This document shows positions 54,955 through 64,000 of a stretch of 64,000 nucleotides of DNA, in pieces. Numbering within the stretch: position 1 is the stretch's first letter; the number at the start of each line of letters is the position of its first letter. The translations under genes and the position numbers were made by a program. The DNA is taken from NCBI GenBank assembly GCA_964016885.1, contig OZ024743.1, positions 31,930,001 to 31,994,000 on the forward strand. The letters run 5' to 3'. The notes beneath the pieces are model-generated. The model was not told where the DNA came from, ran no database searches, and saw only the letters and a program-made list of their open reading frames with translations. The stretch comes from Eledone cirrhosa (lineage: Eukaryota).

Positions 54955-55185
54955 CAACAATAATAATAATGGTTTCTTATATAGGCACAAGGCCAGCAAT
55001 TTTGGGGGAGGGGAAGTCGATTAAATCGATCCCAGTGCGTAACTGGTACTTTATTTTATCGACCCCGTAAGGATGAAAGGAATAGTTAACCTCGGCGGGA
55101 TTTGAACTCAGACAATAAAGGGCTGTAACTCTCTGATGCAAAGCATGGCGTCAGACTCTCTACCCATACTGCCAATCTACCGCCA
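54955..55185 (-). mobile_element. tRNA-derived SINE, same family as 8135-8320
   Basis: Reverse complement TGGCGGTAGATTGGCAGTATGGGTAGAG..GAGTTCAAATCCCGCCGAGGTTAAC..GGCCTTGTGCCTATATAAGAAACC followed by (ATT)n. Confidence 0.85.
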
Positions 55186-58050
55186 TTTCTCGCCACATTC
55201 ACCCACCTCTCAGCAAATGTACTGGGGGGTCAGCACTTCTCTCTCCACCCTCACCTTCCTTTCCAAGTGAAACTTGAAAAGGTTTATGAGGGATTGGCCG
55301 AAGAGAAAAGTGTCTGTCTTCAGTCCTTTGAACCTAGTCCACCATACAACCTCTTTCGCTACTGCCACCAGACAGAGGAAAATTGTCTGCCCTTCCTGGC
55401 CAAAAGAAGGCGGCGGGTCGATCTTCACTATGGACTCCGCCGACAGCTGGATCCGTTCTACACCGACAACAACTGTTCGATATAACTCCACAAGTCAGTA
55501 ATGCACGGACACTGAACGAGTGCGTGCAGAACAGTTTCGTCGCTCAGCGCACATCTCGGGCAGGTCCGTCTGACAGCACTTCCGTGCCTGTAGAGTTCAT
55601 TTCGAACCGGCAGTGCCCCCCGGTAACACTGCCAAGCGATGGATTTTTGGAAGTTATCCATCGTCCCCGCCTCGAACGTCCTCCAGAACAGACTGGTTAG
55701 TTCGACATCATCGACGCCCAGGTCCTCAACTAGTGCGTCGTCGCACTTGCCCACCACTAATCCTCTATAGAACTCGAGAGTGGAAGTTCCACTGACTTCA
55801 TTGCCCGCCCGGTAGAGGGCAGTGAGTGCCTGGAAACATTCCAGATGCCACTCACCCAGTCTCGGTCTCTTCTTGACCCAGGACAGCAGCTCAGTCAAAA
55901 AGACGAGCTGTGGAAAGGCCCGTCTGACAAACGGTGACCACACCTGTTCACCGCTTAGGTAGGATATTTGGAGATGCCGCAGCCTCAGCGCATGTCTGCA
56001 CATCATTAGACCCGACATGCCCAACCTCCACGTAGGCGGTTCTGGCAACAAATGGACCGCCTTCTCAACGGAACCTGTCTCCTCCACTAGAATTTGAAGA
56101 GGAGCCGTTGTTAGTTGACGATGTGCGGACGGCGGCAAGGCACGACTGTTAGGCCGTAGTAGATGCCGGACGTGATGTACGCATTCGCCACCTCCGCCCG
56201 ACCTTTTCGATGATAGCTTCCTCGCAGGCCCATTTCTGGGCGAGACTGGCTACCCTGCCCGTCACCTCGTCCCAATTCTTATCCACCGGGAGATCCGGCC
56301 CGAACCAAACCCCGAGCAGCTTTACCGGTCCATCCGTTTAGCGCCCAACGACGCTGTTGGACGGCACGGACTTGCCTCTCTAGGTGCCGAGTTGCAAGCC
56401 CACCGACTCTTCCAGGGTGAGTTTCGCTCCCGTCAACCTTTCATATTCCTCGAATAAGTTTGCGACCACCTCGATTTCCAAGGTGTCTGACACCAACATG
56501 ATGATGTCGGCCGCATAAGCCATTAACTTTGACCACCGAGCAGATGCCGCTGTACATTGCAACGATCCATCTTCTGAAGACGGAGCCGAAGCCAGCTGCC
56601 TTGACGACAGCCTCCAGGTACCGATGGTCGCCCCTATCGAATGCTTTCGATAGATCTAAGTTGATCAGAGACCCATCGAAGCCAGGTTTACACCCTACCC
56701 TCTCTATGATGTATCGCATGAAGTGGAGGTTATCGTGTATGGACCTGGTCGGGATTGCGCAAGTTTGCGCCTCCCCGACCAAATTCTTGACGACAAGTGC
56801 CAACCTCTTCGCTAACACCTTGGTCAAAATCTTAAACTCTCTGTTGAGCAGAGTTATAGGCCTGAAATTATCTAATGTGTCCCTCTTGTTCTCGCCTTTC
56901 CTTATCAGCATCACTACGCTCCGGCTCACAGAACTAGGAATACTCCCGTTCTGCTGCCAATTGCAGTAGAACGCTTCAAGGAGATCGATGAACAAGTTTG
57001 GCATATTTGCGCAAAGCTCGTAGGGCAGACCGTCCAAACCGGGTGACTTGCGCTCGTGCAGCCGACAAGGGCATCCTGATTTTCGGCTGAAGTTATTGGC
57101 CTCTCGCAGCGCTCAGCTTCGGCCGTCGAGAGTTGTGGTAAGCCATCGAGGTAGGGACTGACCTGCCACTTCCCCCAAGCAACCGAGCAAAATGCTGGTG
57201 AAAGGCCTCGCACATCCACCTGGAATTGCTCAGCTCGTGTCCGTCTCGAATTATGGTTTTATTACCACGCTGCGCTTCTATCACGTGGTCCCATCCAACA
57301 GCGTTGGTTCCCTCGTTTCTCAGAGCACACGTGTTTCACATTGAAGAAATGGTCTAATGCCATTCTCTTTTGTGCCTTTAGATGGCCACCAGTCTAAAGG
57401 CACCACATTCGCTATTGTTCACGTCCAGGCCCACCAACTTACCGTCCGGATCCCGGAAGATCGACATTACCTCGAGATCCAGGCCTTTCCTATACTACAC
57501 TGGCACCCCACCTCATTCCCAAGCCTCGAACATTTCCTACACTTAATATGGCAGGCTAAAAGAGAGAGAAAAGTTTTACTTACCTCCCACGATCTTGTGA
57601 AGGTCGGGCGGTTCGACCTCCATAGTTTTGTGGGGTTTCTTTTGGGAATCCCTTTAAACGTTTGGATGTGGGTTTTACGTTCGGGATTCCCACCTCCCGA
57701 GGACAGCTCTCTCGAATTCCTTTGTACGAATCGAGCGACATTCGCACCAGAAACAAATCTTCTGGCACACGAAATGTGCTCGATTCGAAAAATCTCCCCT
57801 ATGTTTGGATTTCTATACTTCGTGCTACGAGGGCCATTAATTCCTTCTTGGCCCTTTTGACAAGCACGAAGTTTTGTATGTTTTGTTGGTGCGGTTGTAA
57901 TTTTGCTTGACTGTGGTGGTGATGGCTTTGTTGATGTTGTGAGTGCATTATGTGCAGTTTCAGTTGTTTGTATGTGTATTTCTTCTTGTGTTTGTTTAGG
58001 TTGTTTGCGTTAGGTGATGGTGATGGTGGTGTTAATGCTGGTGTTGTGTA
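55186..58050 (-). mobile_element. Decayed Tx1/L1-type LINE with internal deletions (ORF1 C-terminus, endonuclease start, RT, CCHC)
   Basis: DGLPYEL, FRPITLLN, LDLSKAFDR, AYAADI, CPRCALSDETVLHALVQC; NVRGL near 57530; ORF1 block at 57580-57768. Confidence 0.85.
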
Positions 58051-58054
58051 ATAT

Positions 58055-58177
58055 AGGTCAACTAACAGAAAATTGTATTACGGTTTAAACAATTCTAAAT
58101 AAGCCTACAAGGTAAAAATTAAAAATGGTCATTGCGGGCCGGATTGTAGCCCGCGGGCCGCATATTACACGCCCCTG
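58055..58177. mobile_element. hAT/Charlie-like terminal fragment
   Basis: Reverse complement CAGGGGCGTGTAATATGCGGCCCGCGGGC resembles Charlie-type termini with GCGGGCC subterminal repeats. Confidence 0.55.
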
Positions 58178-58289
58178 GTCTTCAAGAAGACATTCTCTGA
58201 TAACAAAGACATTGGAATTATATCATATAGCACCTGATGTCACAAATTTCCTGAAGGTAATGGTGACGAACTGAAAAACTACAATAGTC

Positions 58290-58950
58290 TTTCAACACCA
58301 CAAGCGGTCCATGGATTTGAGGCAGATCAAATCAATCGTGGATTATTTCAAGACGAGTCATTGTCCCTTTCTCCACAAAGTCAATTAGTTCGTAGGAAAG
58401 GCTATGGATATAAAGTAGATAAACACACTGGATTCAACTTCTCTATATGGAAGATACCAAATTACTTGGAAGGAATTATTGGCTGCTGGAAGGTCTACTG
58501 CACACAATGAAACAATTCAGTAACAACGTCCATATGGAATTGGGTATGAACAAGTGTGCAAAAGCCACATTTAAGAGAGGGTTGCTCTCTGGCAGCCAAT
58601 ACTGTCATTGACCAGCAAACCACCATAAAGGAACTTACCAATGAAGAATTTTACACATAGATATGACAGGTTAGCTAGGGGGTTTGAGCAGTTGTGGTCA
58701 CTGAAAAATGTGGGGGTAATGCCAATAATAGTTGTAGTCTTGGGAACTGTAAGTAGAGATCTTGAGAAGTACATCAAACAAATAGGGGTTGCAATACGAG
58801 CACAAAAACAGCATTACTTGGAACAGCCAGAATACTCTGGAGGGTACTTGAAACATAAGGGGTGTTACCTCACTTCACTGGTAGTGAACATCTAACACTG
58901 TAATACATCTCCCGCGGTTGAAGCTGAACGAAGAAACAATAACATTAATA
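58290..58950 (+). pseudogene. Very old, internally deleted RLE-LINE remnant
   Basis: Residual RGLFQD, LYMED and MPIIVVVLGTVSRDLEKY, then an AAT-like tail. Confidence 0.6.
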
Positions 58951-59261
58951 ACAAAATACGGAGGTATTTTCTTATTATTGAATGTAACGAAAAAATACGA
59001 AGACCTATGCTTGCAAAATAGTAAAAACTTAGAGGCCAAACACAATGTTATCTGATGTCATGAAAATGATTATATTCTAAATGGACTTAACTCTTCAAGT
59101 ATCACAAATAAAATGGAAAAAACATAAGTGTATGTGAACGAAATATGGAAAGTCACAAATAACCACAGATAGTCACAAAATATAAGCAAGACAAACATTT
59201 TTTTTGTCTTTTATTATGAACCAACAAATCCAAGATAGAAGCTGAATTGACGGATAATTAT

Positions 59262-59510
59262 GTGTGTGACAGCTCACACCTATGCAGGTTTAGCTGGCCT
59301 CCCCCAAGGTACATCTCGTTGGAGGTGTCTTGGATGATTTAATGATAGGGACCCCAGTCCTATTATCTCATTTCTACAGCTGAGTAAACTGGAGCAACGT
59401 GAAATAAAGTGTCTTGCTCAAGGAAACAACAAATCTCCCGGTCCGAGAATTGAACTCACAACCTTTCGATTACACGCCCAATGCTCTAACCACTAAGCCA
59501 TGCGCCTTCA
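59262..59510 (-). mobile_element. tRNA-derived SINE with a CORE/V-like central domain
   Basis: A box TGGCTTAGTGG, B box GAGTTCAATTC, then TCCTTGAGCAAGACACTTTATTTCAC..CAGCTGTAGAAATGAG. Confidence 0.85.
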
Positions 59511-59779
59511 CAATAATTATGCGGAAAATTAAAACAAAAATAAAGCAACAGAAATTGTAAAAAGGAAAACTTTTGATTGATAATACTTCTCCAGAATGTC
59601 ATGCTGAAACGATGTCAAGAAAGTCCCCATATGACCAATGCCCAGAAAAAGTGACTAAGAAGGAAGTGAACAAGTAACATTCAGAAAACCGGCAGTAAAT
59701 ATTGGAAATGAAAAGGCGAAATTGAACGATTTCTAATTGCAGCGGAAAATCACAGCTTCCCCACCAGAAACAACTAAAA

Positions 59780-60245
59780 ATGTTGAGGACATAGACCTGA
59801 AAAGGTGTCAGAGATGACAAAGCAAGTAAACACTGGATTATGCCAGAAAGTGAGGTCATGGCCAACCATAGAGTTCTTATAGTCAAAGAGAACAAAGAAA
59901 TGAACTGATCTGATTGATGTGTCAATACATATACGACAATATATCTATCAAGGAAATCGACAAATTATCCAAATATAAAGATCTGGAGGGAGAAATAACC
60001 ATAATGTGGATGATAAATTCAGACGCATTCCCTAAGATAATAGGTTCTCTGGGACAGAGAAAGATTCATAACCAAATTCTCAGGACTAAAGAATATATGC
60101 AGCATACAAGAACATAGCACTACAGTGCTCTGTACATACATTACAAAGAATAAACTCATTACAATAGAATTAGCAGCACCAAAAATAACATTGCACATGC
60201 CCACGGCACACATAATTGTGTTCGGTAAAGCAGAAACTACACGCA
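59780..60245 (+). pseudogene. Decayed RLE-LINE 3' remnant
   Basis: ISIKEIDKLSKYKDLEGEI..IIGSLG, like the family B RLE; AAT-like tail at ~60245. Confidence 0.65.
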
Positions 60246-61937
60246 ATAATAATAATAAGTGATAATAGTGATAATAATTGCTTTTAATATGAGCACAAAC
60301 ATAGCAATTCGGGAGTGGGGAAGGATTAAATATACCCCAGTACTTAACTGTTAACTTTTTTTAACGATCTTGGAAAGTTGAAAGACAAATTCTTAACTAA
60401 ATGTCACAAAGCATTTTGTTCGATGCTCTACCGATACTACCACCCCGGCTCTAATTTAAGCACAAGGCAGGTAAATTGTTGAGCCGGGTCAAATCCATAA
60501 AATTAACCAAATTTGACCTCGGCGGGATATAATAATAATTACGTTTTTTTTTTTTTTTTACGTAAAAATCAACAGAGCGTCAGACAAAGTGACTTACACT
60601 ATACAATTACTTCATTTTACTTTCTGAGTTCAAATCCCAACGGAAACGTCTTCGCTATTTCTTTCTCAGTAGTAGTTGAAATAGGTTTCAGTAATATACT
60701 GTCAACTTCAACACATCACTATGAATTTTTGGCTGTGTATCAATGTAAGAAAATCAATAATGTTTAAACTAAATAGAAGAAAGTAGAATAGTCTTTTTTC
60801 TCAAACATATTTCTGATTATTTTATGTAAATTCTATCTAAAATCAATTACAATAGTAATTTCTTTAAATTCAGATTTGACAGTTTTAGGAATCGAAAGTA
60901 AACGTGTTCTCTATACTGATATAGATTTTTATTCGGTGTTTATTGTTAATGCAGTTGACACTGGCAACCGAAGATTCGATATATGGGGGTGTAGCCGACA
61001 ACAGCATACCAGAATCAAAAACATATTGGAGTATTTATTTTTTACCATAGACCAGCAATAAGCTAGATCTAAACGAATAGGATAGGTTGTATTTCGCACG
61101 CAAGGAGGGTGACAGAGACTTAAAATCCATATCAACATCATACAAGATGATAAAACCGAAGCAACAGCTTCAACAGATGAAAGAGCCATCTTGCTCGGGT
61201 GTTTCAGCATGAAAATAATAATATTATTAGGAGAGCTACAGAAGAGAGACATGAAATAAAAGCTGATACAAATCACTCTCCCATGAACATTGGACAACTC
61301 TATTCAATGCTCGAACAAAATTTAGAAAATACGCTAATTCACTGAGACGGTTGTAGATGGGTACTTAGACCAATAGAGGGGATAAACCCTACTAAATATC
61401 TGACAAGTTCATAACACCTCACTTTTAGGATATCGCCATGCAATCCAGAAGCAAGAAATTCCCAGCAAGTAGCTACTCCACAAACGAGGAAGGTCATTGT
61501 TTGTAGGCTATGGAAAACAAAGATTGAAGATGTTACCTACATTATTGCCAACTGTGAAAGAATTTCCACTGGTTACTACCTCCCAATGAGTCTTGATGTG
61601 ATAGCTGGGGCGATCTGGAATGCATTACAGAGGACAAAAACAAAACTCTTCCATCGATTATGACTCAATTATCAATATCAATTCATAGCTATATTATTAC
61701 ATGAGTAGTAGCAGAATAATAATATACATAATTAAATTATAACAGTCACGTTTTGAATGTTAAACTTACGAAAATGTTAGTTGTTTCGTTTGTTTTTTGT
61801 TTTTATCTATCTTAGTAATCGACAATTTTTGTGTGGGTGAATGTTAAATTTCTACACTTATATGACTCACGCCCCCCTATGATATCAAATGCGACAAACA
61901 GACGGCTGTAAAAGCAATATACCGTGCTTATATGCAA

Positions 61938-61970
<33 letters not shown>

Positions 61971-61975
<5 letters not shown>

Positions 61976-63590
61976 GCGTAGCTAGAGTAAACGGCGCCCA
62001 GGGCAAGCATCAACATTGCCCCCTCCTCAAAAAGTCAAGATCCACAAAGACGAAATTGCGGTAGAATTTATAATTAAAAAAAAAACAAAAAGTGGTTACA
62101 ACTTGATTTTTCGGGCTTTTAATGAGGCAAACTGGTTGATAATTTCCTCGAAATCAGTTCGTTCAAACTCTTCGATTTCTACACTTAAAGGGGTGAGGTC
62201 AGTCAGCCGTTGTTGGCCCATTGAGGTTCGCAAATACGAATGTATTAGCTTCAGCTTGCTGAACGACCTCTCGGAACTGGCAATTGAAATAGAAATCGTC
62301 AACATTATTTGAATGCTGATTCACAAATTGGGAAAAACACATTCATCGCCGTATTGTATGGTGAATGGGAGAAGTGCCTCCGGCTTTAAAATTGGGTCAG
62401 CTGTCCTAGTAGCCAGCAAAGATCGGCAGTCCAAGATTTCCTCATACAATTGCTCTCCGTCGATCTCGGAGTTGTATAGTTCCGCAAGACTGAGGCACCT
62501 TTGTTTAAGGACAAGGTTATCAGGAGCAGCCAAATAAAACAGATAGTTGACATCAAGAAGAAAGCCAAAACTTGAGTCGGTTTCCTTAAGTCGAATAAAC
62601 CGTTCTTTTATTTCTGTTTGAAGACGATTGAGTGAACTTTGCATTGCTCTCTCTATCTCTTTTCTGGCAGCCACCTCGACGTCCTCAGTTACTTCGGAAT
62701 TGGTTTGTCGTCTTCCTCGCCTCCTCGGAAAATCGACATTCCATTTCTGGCATAAGCCCATTTCAAGAGACTCGTGGATTAAGGATGTTCCTTCTTCTTT
62801 AAAATAAAGTTGAAAATTCATTCTTGGATCTTGAAGTCTCTTTTGAACCCGGTCAATTCGTGAGAGAATCGTGTTCCAGAATCCAATCAAGTTCAGGAAT
62901 TCATAACTCAGTATCCGATTATGGAGATTACTGGCATCACTTCTACTCTCGCATGTCTCTGTTTCATCATCACTAATTTTTTCGAGAACTTGAACAATCA
63001 GCGTCAAATAATTCGCCACCGGTCTGACTGCGGTACATCTAGCACTCTACCGCGTGTCGGAAGGATATTTAACAACCACTGGAGCAACTTATTTAAGGGC
63101 TTCCCATCGTCGTGTTGAACGAGAAAAAAAGTTGTATAACGAGTCAATGCAACGGAAAAAGTTCATCATAGCAGAATCGTTTTTGGCTGCATAAAGACCA
63201 GCCAGATTAAGTGAATGGTTATCGCAATTAACGAAGTGAATCAAATTATTCTTCTCTCTGTGGTGCCCAACCATTATGGCAGCATTGTCATAGCACTGCG
63301 ATCGTTCTGCAGTGGTAGGTCATCTTTTTCTAGCTCTTTCACGATTGTTTCAACAAGGCTTGCGGCATCTTTTTTGATTACTTGAATGAATCCAAGAAAA
63401 GATTCCCTCACAATGACCGTCTTCATATTGAAATCAACATCGACATATCGCACAACTTTTGACAGTTGTTCTCGGTACGCCTGGTCAGGGGTCGAATCAA
63501 TCAGCAGACCATAGTATATTGCTTTTTGGATACGATTTAGTAAATTCTGACGAACTGTATTATAGAAGAAAACATTGAACAATTTAAACT
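61971..63590 (-). mobile_element. hAT (Tip100/ZMYM1-like) DNA transposon, decayed transposase at 62096-63582; one terminus at (TA)n
   Basis: LIDSTPD..EQLS..VRYV, ESFLGF, CDNHSLNL, FFSRSTRRW and dimerisation domain ASSERSFSKLKLIHSYLRTSMGQQRL; terminus TAGTGGCGTAGCTAG at 61971. Confidence 0.9.
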
Positions 63591-64000
63591 GGAGTCAAAT
63601 TGAATTCCTAATAGAAGCTATCCGATCCTATCTGGCCATTTGGATTATGATACCTTTTCTATACGTCTTATGTACCAGTTGTAAAAGACAAACTACTCTG
63701 TTTTGTAAACCAGCTTCATAATTATAATTATCTCGTATTGGTCATTGCAATGCATTGCTAAAAATAGCGCCTGCGTGTCCACCAGTTGCACGTCCAAAAC
63801 TACGTCTCTTCAGTCAGTGGGGGGGGGGGGGGCGGTTTTGTGAGGTATCCACTGTTTTGCAGTGTATAGCTAAAAATAGCGCCCGCATAATTGCAACCCG
63901 CCCTGCTGTCAGTGTGGAGGGGGGAGGGGGTGAATTCAAATCAGACATCTGCTCTGTCTAGTGCACTAGACATGGCGTGGAAGTCGGCTATCAAGAAATC

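Noticed and set aside
59435-59510. tRNA gene
   Set aside because: A/B boxes run directly into a SINE body; the cloverleaf is imperfect.

Overview
AT-rich, microsatellite-saturated animal genomic DNA with no convincing host protein-coding gene. The SINE, LINE and microsatellite repertoire resembles cephalopod (Octopus-like) genomes; that assignment is recalled from memory and unverified. The window is a stack of transposons: a young Penelope-like element (PLE) with two open frames, inverted pseudo-LTRs and hammerhead ribozyme motifs; several R4/Dong-type restriction-like-endonuclease (RLE) LINEs in (AAT)n or (ACAT)n; Tx1/L1-type LINEs, one full-length in (GATA)n; RTE-derived non-autonomous elements; tRNA-derived SINEs; hATm and hAT DNA transposons; a ~2.9 kb almost pure-AT array and a 200-N gap. 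Best leads: (1) in two diverged Tx1 families the ORF1 stop lies inside a GTRAGT donor of a 28-34 nt intron-like spacer, whose removal fuses ORF1 in frame to ORF2 in the better-preserved copy; (2) an HIV-type U-UUU-UUA slippery site between PLE ORF1 and RT; (3) three different hammerhead ribozyme motifs with palindromic helix III, one with a compensated U3-A8 core; (4) partitioning of microsatellite targets among retroelement families. All calls were made by eye, without database searches.
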